From: an uncultured Ruminococcus sp.
Lineage (GTDB): Bacteria > Bacillota > Clostridia > Oscillospirales > Ruminococcaceae
DNA length: 64,000 bases
Assembly (NCBI GenBank): GCA_964551225.1
Contig: CAZKBF010000011.1
Span: 10,591 to 74,590, forward strand
Reading direction: 5' to 3'
Shown here: piece after piece, positions 53,833 to 63,684 of the stretch
How the letters are laid out: each line of letters begins with the position of its first letter
Position numbering within the stretch: the first letter of the stretch is position 1
Position numbers and translations under genes: made by a program
Notes under the pieces: generated by a model
Told to the model about the DNA's origin: nothing
What the model saw: only the letters and a program-made list of their open reading frames with translations
Databases searched by the model: none

Positions 53833-54942
53833 ATGTCATTTTTAACATTAAGAGGAATCAACAAAATCTACCCGAACGGCTTTCACGCCGTACACGATTT
53901 CAATCTGGAGATTGAAAAGGGCGAGTTTATCGTTTTCGTAGGCTCGTCGGGCTGCGGAAAATCAACCACTCTGCGTATGATAGCAGGTCTTGAAAACATC
54001 AGCAAGGGTGATTTCTTCATTAACGGCGAGAGAGTTAACGAAAAGGGCCCGCGTGAGCGCGGCGTTGCGATGGTTTTCCAGAGCTACGCGTTGTACCCGC
54101 ATATGACCGTTTACGATAACCTCGCTTTCGGCTTGACGCTTCAGGGCGTTGATGACGACGTTATCGAAGAGAGAGTTAACACCACGGCAAAAATTCTCGG
54201 TCTTACCGATTATCTTGACAGATTCCCGCGTGCGCTTTCGGGCGGTCAAAGACAGAGAGTCGCGGTTGGACGCGCAATAATCCGCAAGGTTGACATCTTC
54301 CTTATGGACGAGCCGCTTTCTAACCTTGATGCTAAACAGCGTGTTACGATGCGCTCCGAAATCACCCAAATTCACCGCCAGACCGGCGCGACAACCATTT
54401 ATGTAACCCACGACCAGACCGAGGCTATGACAATGGCTGACAGAATTGTCGTTATGAAGGACGGTTACGTTCAGCAGGTTGGAACACCCTATGACCTCTA
54501 TTTCAACCCCGTAAATATGTTTGTAGCGGGCTTTATCGGCGAGCCTCCGATGAACTTCATCGAGTCGAAGGTAAGAGACGGCAAGCTCAACATCAACGGC
54601 AACATCATCGACCTCTATGCTATTGCCGACAAGAGTACTATCGACAAGTACGAGGGTGAGGAGCTCGTTCTCGGCTTCCGTCCCGAGGCAATCAAGCTTT
54701 GCAAGAACGAGGACGTTCGCAAGGCGTTCAAGATTAACTGCGCGGTTGAGCTCACAGAGCTGCTCGGCGATAACACCAACGTTTACGTTGACATTCAGGG
54801 TATTAAAACAATTCTTAAGGTTGACCCGCATGATTCTCCCGCGATAAACGAGGAGCTTCAGTTCGCTATTCCTTTCGAGAGCGTTTACCTCTTCGACAAG
54901 GCAACCGAAAAGCGCGTTAAATTCCAGCTTACTGCTGAATAA
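53833..54942 (+). CDS. Sugar ABC ATPase (MsmX/MalK type) 2
   Basis: GSSGCGKST, LSGGQRQR, MDEPLSNLD, YVTHDQ. Confidence 0.95.
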   Translation: MSFLTLRGINKIYPNGFHAVHDFNLEIEKGEFIVFVGSSGCGKSTTLRMIAGLENISKGDFFINGERVNEKGPRERGVAMVFQSYALYPHMTVYDNLAFGLTLQGVDDDVIEERVNTTAKILGLTDYLDRFPRALSGGQRQRVAVGRAIIRKVDIFLMDEPLSNLDAKQRVTMRSEITQIHRQTGATTIYVTHDQTEAMTMADRIVVMKDGYVQQVGTPYDLYFNPVNMFVAGFIGEPPMNFIESKVRDGKLNINGNIIDLYAIADKSTIDKYEGEELVLGFRPEAIKLCKNEDVRKAFKINCAVELTELLGDNTNVYVDIQGIKTILKVDPHDSPAINEELQFAIPFESVYLFDKATEKRVKFQLTAE

Positions 54943-54962
54943 AAACAGAAAAAGGCAGAAGA

Positions 54963-56363
54963 ATGGCAGATAACTCAAACGTAAGCGAAAAAGACCGTAA
55001 GCGGCGGGAGTTTATTCTCACGGGCAATCCGATGTCCGTGGTGCTCAAGATAACCCTTCCGCTTATGGCACTGAGCGCTTTTACATACCTTAGCGGAATT
55101 ATCGATACCATTGTCGTTTCGCAGAGCGACAACAACGCGCTGTCGTCGGTTGTTATGATTTCCCAAATCAAGAACCTGTTCACGGCTCTCGGCGGAGGTT
55201 TTTCAACCGGAAGCTCGATTATCGTGTCAAGGCTGATTGGGCGCGGCGAGTACGACAAGGCGAAAAAAGTTGCCAACACGACTTTGACGCTGTTTTTCCT
55301 CTCGGCTTTGGGAATAATAGCGGTATTGGAGATATTTGCGAGCGGTATTCTGCACATCGCGGGTTTGACCGACGAGCTGATAAATCTCGGTTTGGGCTAT
55401 TTCCGCGTGCAGATTATCTCAATCGGCGTTTCGATGTTCAACTCGGTTTTCCTCGGGTTGGAAAAGGCAAGAGGCGCGACGGTGAATATCCTGTTCGTGA
55501 ATATAATGTCGATGTCGATAAAGCTCGCGTTTACGGTAATCTTCGTGAGTATGCTGAATTTAGGCACAACGATGGTTGCGGGCGCAACGCTTTTGGCGGA
55601 TATCTCGGTGTCGGTATACGCGGCGGTAAATCTTATCAGAAAAAATTTCCTGTTTCACTATTCCCCCAAAAACACGATGTTTACAAAGGACTATTTCAAG
55701 CCGCTTTGTTCACTGTCTATTCCCGTGTTTTTGGGAAAATTTGTTTTTTCGATGGGCAAGGTTTTGGTAAATTCCATGGCGATGACCTACGGCGACGAAG
55801 CTCCCGGCGCGCTCGGTGTTTCCAACAACATCAGCGGAAGCGTTACCAGCATCACAAACTGCACGGAGGACGCGGAATCGTCGGTTGTGAGCTACAATTT
55901 GAGCGAAAAACACTATTCGCGTATGATTAAGCTGTTTTTCTGCACGCTCACGGTAAACCTTGTGCTGTCGTCAATCGGGTTTGTTTTGCTCACCGTTTTC
56001 GGAGAACCGCTTTCCGCGTTCTTTGCAAACGGAAGTCCCGAAAAAGCGGAACTTATTAACAAAATCTTCTCCTACGAGAGAATCGGCATAATCGCACTCG
56101 GCGTCAATTCCGCAGTAAACGGACTGATTTACGGAATTGGCTGGACGAAGCTGTCGATGGTGTGTAACCTGTCGCGGCTGTTCGTGTTCAGAATACCGAC
56201 GATGCTGATTATGATAAACTGTTTCCCCGAAATCGGCGCGGAGAGCCTCGGTATCGCGATGCTTATCTCGAATGTCGGTATCGGACTTATGTCGGTGGTT
56301 ATAGGCATTGTCTGCCTTATCAATATCAAAAATCACAAAACCAAAGATAATGTAAAGTTGTGA
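54963..56363 (+). CDS. MATE family efflux transporter
   Basis: About 12 TM; ILTGNPMSVVLKITLP, two-fold MatE-like repeat. Confidence 0.82.
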   Translation: MADNSNVSEKDRKRREFILTGNPMSVVLKITLPLMALSAFTYLSGIIDTIVVSQSDNNALSSVVMISQIKNLFTALGGGFSTGSSIIVSRLIGRGEYDKAKKVANTTLTLFFLSALGIIAVLEIFASGILHIAGLTDELINLGLGYFRVQIISIGVSMFNSVFLGLEKARGATVNILFVNIMSMSIKLAFTVIFVSMLNLGTTMVAGATLLADISVSVYAAVNLIRKNFLFHYSPKNTMFTKDYFKPLCSLSIPVFLGKFVFSMGKVLVNSMAMTYGDEAPGALGVSNNISGSVTSITNCTEDAESSVVSYNLSEKHYSRMIKLFFCTLTVNLVLSSIGFVLLTVFGEPLSAFFANGSPEKAELINKIFSYERIGIIALGVNSAVNGLIYGIGWTKLSMVCNLSRLFVFRIPTMLIMINCFPEIGAESLGIAMLISNVGIGLMSVVIGIVCLINIKNHKTKDNVKL

Positions 56364-56373
56364 GGTAACAAAA

Positions 56374-57810
56374 ATGAAAGACCTTAACAGAAGCACTTTT
56401 GAAGCAGTTGACAGACCTGTGAAAATCCTCCAGTTCGGCGAGGGTAACTTTTTGCGCGCGTTTGTTGACTGGATTTTGCAGAATTTGAACGACGCGGGCG
56501 TCATCAACGCAGACGTTGCTGTTGTTCAGCCGATGCCTATGGGCAGAGTTGCCGACCTCGAAAAGCAGGACGGTCTTTACACGCTTTGCCTTGAGGGTAT
56601 AGACAAGGGTGAAAAGGTTCAGAGCAAGCGTATTATCGACGTTCTCAAGGACTTCATCAACCCGTTTGAGCAGTACGACAAGTTCTTGGGTTATGCAAAG
56701 AGCGAGGACCTCGAAGTCGTTATTTCCAACACAACCGAGGCGGGTATCGCTCTCGATGAATCGGACACCGATTTCACAAAGTGCCCGAAGAGCTTCCCCG
56801 GCAAGCTCCTCGCGTTCCTCAAGACGAGATACGACCACTTTAACGGCGACGCGACAAAGGGCTTGGCTATCATTCCATGCGAGCTTATCGACCACAACGG
56901 TGACGAGCTCAAGCGCGTTATGAACGAGCTTGCGAAAATCAAGGGTATGGACGCAGCGTTCATCGATTGGATGAACAACGCCTGCCACTACACCAGCACG
57001 CTCGTTGACCGCATCGTTCCCGGTTATCCGAGAGATAACGCAGCGCAGATTTGCGAAGAAACGGGTTATCAGGACAACAACATCGTAAAGGGCGAGATTT
57101 TCCACCTCTGGGTTCTCCAGAAGGAGCCGTTTGTTCAGGAGAAGCTCCCCGCGGACAAGTCGGGCTTGAACGTGATTTTCGCGGACGATATCACGCCTTA
57201 CAAGCAGCGCAAAGTCAAGATTTTGAACGGCACGCACACCGCTATCGTTCCCGTAGCTTATATGGCGGGAATTGACACGGTTCGCGAGTCTGTCGAGGAC
57301 GCGGACGTTGGACGTTTCGCTGCTGAACTCATCAACGACGAAATCAAGCCCACAATCGACCTGCCGAAAGACCAGATGGACGCTTTTGCGAACAGCGTTG
57401 TCGAGCGCTTCAAGAACCCGTTCATTCGTCACGAGCTGATGAGCATTGCCCTCAACTCCACCACGAAGTTCAGAACTCGTCTGCTCCCCACCTACAACGA
57501 CTACCGCAAGAAGTTCGGCAAGTCCCCGAAGCACATTCTGTTCTCGCTGGCATCGCTTGCTGTTTTCTATCGCGGAAAGCGCGGCGATGAGGATATCAAG
57601 CTCGCAGATGACGCGAAGTTCCTCGAGTTCTGGAAAGAGGTTTGGGCAATCTCCGACTACAGCGCGTTGGCGAAGAAAGTTCTCGGCGCGGCTGACGTTT
57701 GGGAGCAAAATCTCGACGAGGACGACAACGCGGCGCTTGTTGCCGGCTACATCGAGAGCATTGTAAAGAACGGCGAAAGAGCGGCTCTTAAAGCATTTCT
57801 GGGAGAATAA
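56374..57810 (+). CDS. uxaB: Tagaturonate (altronate) oxidoreductase
   Basis: LQFGEGNFLRAF, SNTTEAGI, PCELI, LVDRIVPG, ILNGTHT, RFKNPF. Confidence 0.94.
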   Translation: MKDLNRSTFEAVDRPVKILQFGEGNFLRAFVDWILQNLNDAGVINADVAVVQPMPMGRVADLEKQDGLYTLCLEGIDKGEKVQSKRIIDVLKDFINPFEQYDKFLGYAKSEDLEVVISNTTEAGIALDESDTDFTKCPKSFPGKLLAFLKTRYDHFNGDATKGLAIIPCELIDHNGDELKRVMNELAKIKGMDAAFIDWMNNACHYTSTLVDRIVPGYPRDNAAQICEETGYQDNNIVKGEIFHLWVLQKEPFVQEKLPADKSGLNVIFADDITPYKQRKVKILNGTHTAIVPVAYMAGIDTVRESVEDADVGRFAAELINDEIKPTIDLPKDQMDAFANSVVERFKNPFIRHELMSIALNSTTKFRTRLLPTYNDYRKKFGKSPKHILFSLASLAVFYRGKRGDEDIKLADDAKFLEFWKEVWAISDYSALAKKVLGAADVWEQNLDEDDNAALVAGYIESIVKNGERAALKAFLGE

Positions 57811-57811
57811 T

Positions 57812-59290
57812 ATGAAGAATACGATTGTAATTTCCCCGCTTGATTCCGTGGCGGTCGCGCTTGTTCCTCTCAAAAAAGGTGAGGAGCACGAGGGCGTGAC
57901 GCTTGCCGAGGATATCGAAAAGGGACACAAATTCGCTTTGAAGCCCATAAAAACGGGTGAAAAGGTGATAAAATACGGCGAGGTTATCGGTAAGGCTACG
58001 AAGGATATCGCTGTCGGTGAGCACGTTCACAGCCACAATATGGCGACAAATCTCGAGGGAACTCTCGAATACTCCTTCAACAAGAAGGAGATTTCGCCCG
58101 CCGAGACAAAAACTGCGCCGAAGGTTATGGTTTACGAGCGCAAGAACGGCGATATCGGCATCAGAAACGAGCTTTGGGTTATCCCGACGGTTGGCTGTGT
58201 GAACGCGCAGGCAAGGGTTATCGTCGATACTTTTAATAAAAAGCACCCCGAGCTTGAGGGCGTGGACGGTGTGTTCACCTACACGCACCCTTATGGCTGC
58301 TCGCAAATCGGCGAGGACCACGAGCGCACCCGCACTATTCTTCAGAGAATGGTTAAGCACCCGAACGCAGGCGGCGTGCTCGTGCTCGGACTTGGCTGCG
58401 AGAACAACCGTATGGACGTTTTCAAGGAAACGCTCGGCGACTACAACGAGGAGCGCACCGAATTTTTGATTGCGCAGGACGTTGAGGACGAAATCGCCGA
58501 GGGTGTTGCCGCGCTTGAACGGCTCTACGACAAGGCTAAAAACGACAAGCGCGTTGAAAAGGATATGAGCTGCCTGAAGGTTGGTCTGAAGTGCGGCGGC
58601 TCGGACGGTTTGTCGGGAATTACCGCAAACCCGCTTGTTGGGCGCTTTTCCGACTTTATGGCGGCAATCGGCGGCACGTCCGTTTTGACCGAGGTTCCCG
58701 AGATGTTCGGTGCCGAGCAGCTCCTTATGGACAGGGCAAAGGACGAGCAGACGTTTGGCAAGATTGTTAAGCTGGTAAACGGTTTCAAGGAGTACTATCA
58801 GAAACACGACCAGCCCGTTTACGAGAACCCGTCCCCCGGAAACAAGGCGGGCGGTATCACCACGCTCGAGGACAAGTCTCTCGGCTGCACGCAGAAATCG
58901 GGCTCGAGAGAGGTCTGCGACGTGCTTTTCGACGGCGATAAGCTCACCTCGCACGGCTTGAACCTTTTGAACGGTCCCGGAAACGATATGGTTGCCGTAA
59001 CAAATCTCGCTTCGGCGGGCTGCCACATCGTCCTGTTCACAACGGGACGCGGCACACCGTTTGGCGGCTTTGTTCCGACAATCAAAATCTCGACCAACTC
59101 TGACCTTGCCGCGCGCAAGAAGAATTGGATTGACTTCAACGCGGGTACGATTGTCACGGGCGATTCGTTTGAGCAGAAGCTCGACGAGTTGATAAAGCTG
59201 GTTGCGGACACGGCGAGCGGCAAGCTTACGGTGAACGAGCGCTATAATTCGCGTGAAATCGCGATTTTCAAGACGGGTGTTACACTCTAA
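57812..59290 (+). CDS. uxaA: Altronate dehydratase
   Basis: SAF domain (GHKFAL, KYG, HVHSHN), HPNAGG, KCGGSDG, NPSPGNKAGG, FTTGRG. Confidence 0.94.
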   Translation: MKNTIVISPLDSVAVALVPLKKGEEHEGVTLAEDIEKGHKFALKPIKTGEKVIKYGEVIGKATKDIAVGEHVHSHNMATNLEGTLEYSFNKKEISPAETKTAPKVMVYERKNGDIGIRNELWVIPTVGCVNAQARVIVDTFNKKHPELEGVDGVFTYTHPYGCSQIGEDHERTRTILQRMVKHPNAGGVLVLGLGCENNRMDVFKETLGDYNEERTEFLIAQDVEDEIAEGVAALERLYDKAKNDKRVEKDMSCLKVGLKCGGSDGLSGITANPLVGRFSDFMAAIGGTSVLTEVPEMFGAEQLLMDRAKDEQTFGKIVKLVNGFKEYYQKHDQPVYENPSPGNKAGGITTLEDKSLGCTQKSGSREVCDVLFDGDKLTSHGLNLLNGPGNDMVAVTNLASAGCHIVLFTTGRGTPFGGFVPTIKISTNSDLAARKKNWIDFNAGTIVTGDSFEQKLDELIKLVADTASGKLTVNERYNSREIAIFKTGVTL

Positions 59291-59318
59291 TTTCTGTAAA
59301 TCATCAGGAGAAAAGACT

Positions 59319-60713
59319 ATGAAGAAATTTATGGACGAGGATTTTGTCCTCAAAAATGAAACGGCGAAAACCCTTTACCACAAGTACGCGAAGGATATGC
59401 CGATTTTCGACTATCACTGTCATCTGCCCATTCAGGAAATCTACGAGGACAGAAAGTTCGCGAATATCACCGAGTGCTGGCTCGGCGGCGACCACTACAA
59501 GTGGCGTTTGATGCGCGAGCTCGGCGTTGACGAGAGCTACATCACCGGCGACAAGGACGACTACGAGAAGTTCCTCAAGTACGCCGAGGTTATGCCGTAC
59601 GCAATCGGCAACCCCATTTTCCACTGGACTCACCTCGAGCTTCAGCGCTATTTCGGCATCAACGAGGTTCTCTCGCCGAAAACCGCGAAGGAGATTTTCG
59701 ACAAGTGCAACGAGAAGCTCCAGACGCTCACCGCGCGCAAGCTGATTACAATGAGCAACGTCAAGAAGATTTTCACAACCGATGACCCGATTGACGATTT
59801 GCATTTCCACAAGCTCCTCAAAGAGGACAAGAGCTTTGACGTTGAGGTTGCTCCTGCGTTCCGCCCCGACAAGGCTGTGAACATCGAGCTCCCCACCTAC
59901 GTTCCTTATATCGCGAAGCTCGCGGACGCTGCTGACGTCAAGATTGACGGTATCGACAGCCTTTGCGAAGCTCTCACCAAGAGAATTGAGTATTTCGACA
60001 GCGTTGGCTGCGTTTGCTCCGACCACGCTCTTGACGTTGTTATGTTCGCGCCCGCGACCAAAGAGCAGGTTGACAAAATTGTCAAGAAGGCGCTCGCAGG
60101 CGACGACCTCACGCAGACCGAAATCGAGCAGTACAAGGGCTACGTTCTCGTACACCTCGGCAAGCAGTACGCGCGTCTGCACTGGGTTCAGCAGTACCAC
60201 ATCGGCGCGCTTCGCAACAACTCGGCGCGCTATATGAGAGAGCTTGGTCCCGACACCGGTTTCGATGCAATCGAGGACCAGACTTTCGCGAAGAAGCTGT
60301 CGATGCTGATGGACACGCTTGACAGCACGAACGAGCTGCCCAAAACAATTCTGTACAACCTTAATCCGAGAGATAATGAGGTTCTTGCTACTATCAAAAA
60401 CTGCTTCCAGCAGTCCGGCACGGTAGGAAAGATTCAATTCGGTTCTGCTTGGTGGTTCCTGGATCAGAAAGACGGTATGCAGAAGCATCTTACTGCGCTT
60501 TCGCAGCTTGGCTTGCTCTCCAAGTTCGTGGGAATGCTCACAGACAGCCGCAGCTTCCTCTCCTACACCCGCCACGAGTATTTCAGAAGAATTGTCTGCA
60601 ATATGCTCGGCGAGCTCATCGAGGAGGGCGAGTACCCGAACGAGGTTGAGTTTGTCGGAACGATTGTTCAGGACATCTGCTACAATAACGCGGTAAAGTA
60701 TTTCACCAAGTAA
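59319..60713 (+). CDS. uxaC: Uronate (glucuronate/galacturonate) isomerase
   Basis: DYHCHL, GDHYKWR, TTDDP, AWWF, TDSRSFLSYTRHEYFRR. Confidence 0.95.
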   Translation: MKKFMDEDFVLKNETAKTLYHKYAKDMPIFDYHCHLPIQEIYEDRKFANITECWLGGDHYKWRLMRELGVDESYITGDKDDYEKFLKYAEVMPYAIGNPIFHWTHLELQRYFGINEVLSPKTAKEIFDKCNEKLQTLTARKLITMSNVKKIFTTDDPIDDLHFHKLLKEDKSFDVEVAPAFRPDKAVNIELPTYVPYIAKLADAADVKIDGIDSLCEALTKRIEYFDSVGCVCSDHALDVVMFAPATKEQVDKIVKKALAGDDLTQTEIEQYKGYVLVHLGKQYARLHWVQQYHIGALRNNSARYMRELGPDTGFDAIEDQTFAKKLSMLMDTLDSTNELPKTILYNLNPRDNEVLATIKNCFQQSGTVGKIQFGSAWWFLDQKDGMQKHLTALSQLGLLSKFVGMLTDSRSFLSYTRHEYFRRIVCNMLGELIEEGEYPNEVEFVGTIVQDICYNNAVKYFTK

Positions 60714-60723
60714 ACTAAAAAAT

Positions 60724-60760
60724 CGCCGTCGGGCTTTTGGCTCGGCGGCGTTTTATTTTT
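60724..60760. terminator. Terminator ending the pectin operon (probably bidirectional)
   Basis: CGCCGTCGGGC-TTTTG-GCTCGGCGGCG followed by T runs, preceded by an A run. Confidence 0.75.
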
Positions 60761-60788
60761 TGCAGGATTTTGTGCAATTAAATTCATT

Positions 60789-62423
60789 TCACTTGCTCAA
60801 ATCGATGCTTCTAACCTTTTCTCTCACCTTGAGAACAAAGCTCGGTGAAACGGAAAGCTCGTCGATACCCATTCGGAGAAATTTTTCGGTAAGCTCGGTA
60901 TCCGCACCGAGTTCACCGCAAATTCCAATCCAAGCGCCGTGCTTGTGGGCATTTTGCGCAGCCATTTCAATCAGCCGCAGAATAGCCTCGTGATGAGTAT
61001 CGCAGAAGCTCTCGATGTTGGGATTTTGGCGGTCGCACGCAAGCGTGTACTGCGTCAAATCGTTTGTGCCGACGCTGAAAAAGTCAACGAGAGGCGCAAG
61101 TTTGTCGCTTATAATCGCCGCGGCTGGCGTTTCAATCATAATTCCAAGCTCAACGTTCTCCGAGAATTTTATTCCGTCTTTTGCAAGCTCCTCGCGGACG
61201 TTCTTGCAAATTTCCAGAATTTGTTCAACCTCGGAAACGCTCGTTATCATCGGGAACATTATCCCGAGGTTTCCGTAAACCGACGCTCTGTACAGCGCAC
61301 GGAGCTGCGTTTTGAAGATTTCGGGGCGGGTGAGACAAATTCGGATTGCGCGATAGCCGAGCGCGGGGTTTTCCTCCTTATCCAGCTTGAAATAATCCGC
61401 CTTTTTGTCCGCGCCGATATCCAGCGTCCTGATGACAACTTTTTTGCCCGCCATTCCCTCGAGCACCTTTTTGTAAGCGGCAAACTGCTGCTCCTCGGTG
61501 GGGTAGTCGGAGTTCTCGAGGTACAAAAACTCGCTTCGGAACAGCCCGACGCCGCCCGCGTCACTCATAAGCACCGCGCCGATGTTCTCGACGCTGCCGA
61601 TATTGGCGAAAATATCGATTTTCGTGCCGTCGAGGGTGACGTTTTCCTTGCCTTTCAGCTCCTGAAGCAGCCGCTTTTTCTCCTCATCGGCACGCTGTTT
61701 TTCCAGCAATTTGGCAACAGTTTCCTCATCGGGTTCGAGGAAAATTTCGCCCGTGTAGCCGTCCACGCCCGCGTTCATTCCGTCCTTAATTGCGGCGAGG
61801 AACTCATCTCCGGCGCCGATTATCGCGGGAATGTTCATATTTCGCGCGAGGATTGCCGTATGCGAATTTGACGAGCCGTGCGCGGTGACGAACGCGAGCA
61901 CGCGCTCTTTGTCAAGCGAAACCGTTTCGCTCGGCGCGAGGTCGTCCGCGCAAATTATAACCTTGTCGGCGGTTTGCGCGCTCTCGCTCGTGGACTCGGA
62001 TAGATTCGCGATAAGCCGGTTTGAGATATCGCGGACGTCAGCTGCGCGCGCCTGCATATACGCGTCGTCCATTGCCGAGAACATCTCGACAAAATTGTCG
62101 GAGGTTACGGCGACCGCGTACTCCGCGTTCACCTTCTGCGTGTCGATGATGCTTTCAATCGACTCGTTGTAATCGTCGTCCTCGAGCATCATTTGGTGAA
62201 TTTCAAAAATCTGCGCGTTGGTTTCGCCGACCTCGCGAAGCGCCTTGTCGTGAATTTCACCGAGCTGCGCGAGAGCCTTTTCCTTTGCCGCTTCAACGCG
62301 CTTTTTCTCGGCATCGCAGTTCTCGATGTGCTCGCGCCTGACGGAAATTTCGGCGCGCGTGAACACCGAGATTTTCCCGACGGCAACCGCGCCGTAAACG
62401 CCTTTTCCCTTGAATTCGGTCAT
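60789..62423 (-). CDS. ptsI: PTS enzyme I
   Basis: SHTAILAR phospho-His, GVGLFRSEF, RTLDIGADK, SVGTNDL, GICGE. Confidence 0.95.
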   Translation of the reverse strand: MTEFKGKGVYGAVAVGKISVFTRAEISVRREHIENCDAEKKRVEAAKEKALAQLGEIHDKALREVGETNAQIFEIHQMMLEDDDYNESIESIIDTQKVNAEYAVAVTSDNFVEMFSAMDDAYMQARAADVRDISNRLIANLSESTSESAQTADKVIICADDLAPSETVSLDKERVLAFVTAHGSSNSHTAILARNMNIPAIIGAGDEFLAAIKDGMNAGVDGYTGEIFLEPDEETVAKLLEKQRADEEKKRLLQELKGKENVTLDGTKIDIFANIGSVENIGAVLMSDAGGVGLFRSEFLYLENSDYPTEEQQFAAYKKVLEGMAGKKVVIRTLDIGADKKADYFKLDKEENPALGYRAIRICLTRPEIFKTQLRALYRASVYGNLGIMFPMITSVSEVEQILEICKNVREELAKDGIKFSENVELGIMIETPAAAIISDKLAPLVDFFSVGTNDLTQYTLACDRQNPNIESFCDTHHEAILRLIEMAAQNAHKHGAWIGICGELGADTELTEKFLRMGIDELSVSPSFVLKVREKVRSIDLSK

Positions 62424-62436
62424 AATGTAACCCCCT

Positions 62437-63336
62437 TTAACCGAGCTGTTTGAGCAGCTCAAAAATTTCGTCCTTTTGGGCAATTCCCTCGGAAAATGCC
62501 GTCGCGCCGCCCGCCGCCGTGCCGAGCTTCAGCGCGTAATCGTAGCCGTTTTCGCAGCCCGCGATGAACCCCGCGACCATACTGTCGCCCGCGCCGACCG
62601 AGTTTTTCACGGTGCCTTTGCACGCGCCGCAGATGTGAGTTTTGCCGTGCTCGTCGAGCAAAACCGCGCCGTTTCCCGCCATTGAAACCAGCACGTTTAC
62701 TGCGCCCATTTCCTGCAATTTCCTCGCGTGCTCGATTATCTCGTCAACCGTTTTCAGCTCAACGCCAAACATTTCGCCGAGCTCGTGGTTGTTCGGTTTA
62801 ACCAAAAACGGCTTGTATTTGAGTACGTTCAGCAGCAGCTTTTTCGTTGCGTCAACCACCGCGCGGATTTTTCGCCCGTCAAGCCGCTCGAGAATTTTCT
62901 CGTAAATATCCTCGGGCAAATCCGCCGGAATACTCCCCGCGAGAACCAGCGTGTCGCCGTCCTCGATTTCGTCTAGCTTTGCGAGTAACTCGTCAAGTGC
63001 TTTTTCGGGAATTTGTGGTCCGCGCCCGTTCAACTCGGTTTCCGCAGCGGATTTTATCTTGACGTTAATCCGCGAAAAACCGCTTTCAAGGTGCACAAAA
63101 TCCGCGTCAATTCCGCGCTCGACAAGCGAGTTTTCGATAGCTGCGCCGGTAAATCCCGCGACAAACCCGAGCGCCCGTGACATTATCCCGAGCTCCTTCA
63201 GCACGAGCGAAACGTTAATTCCCTTGCCGCCGAAGTAAATTTCCTCGGATTTTGCGCGGTTGGTCGCGCCGATTTTCAGCTCGTCGGCGTGCACGACAAG
63301 GTCAACTGCGGGGTTGAACGTAACTGTATAAATCAT
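62437..63336 (-). CDS. fruK: 1-phosphofructokinase
   Basis: MIYTVTFNPAVD, GGKGINVS, KPN, NSVGAGDSMVAG. Confidence 0.9.
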   Translation of the reverse strand: MIYTVTFNPAVDLVVHADELKIGATNRAKSEEIYFGGKGINVSLVLKELGIMSRALGFVAGFTGAAIENSLVERGIDADFVHLESGFSRINVKIKSAAETELNGRGPQIPEKALDELLAKLDEIEDGDTLVLAGSIPADLPEDIYEKILERLDGRKIRAVVDATKKLLLNVLKYKPFLVKPNNHELGEMFGVELKTVDEIIEHARKLQEMGAVNVLVSMAGNGAVLLDEHGKTHICGACKGTVKNSVGAGDSMVAGFIAGCENGYDYALKLGTAAGGATAFSEGIAQKDEIFELLKQLG

Positions 63337-63684
63337 TTCGGTACCTCTTTGCGTCTTTCTTATATAAATAATAACATATTTTCGGCAAATAGTCAAGCGT
63401 TTTTGTACAAAACAACCAAAAATGTTCGTTTTTGACAATCTCGATAAATTGCACAAAATTCTGCGGCACTATCATAAAATAGTTCCCGAAAAACGCTCAA
63501 AATATTCTTCGTTCATAGGACGGAGGATTTTTTAGTCATTTCAAATTCAGATGAATTGTATCATTTTGTGCATATTTTGTGCTATTGTGGTTATTGCATT
63601 TTTTGGAAAAGTGTGATAAAATAAAATCGGTTGAAAGAGAGCTTGTGCTTGTATTTGCGGGCAATTCCGAAAGGAGCGGATTTT

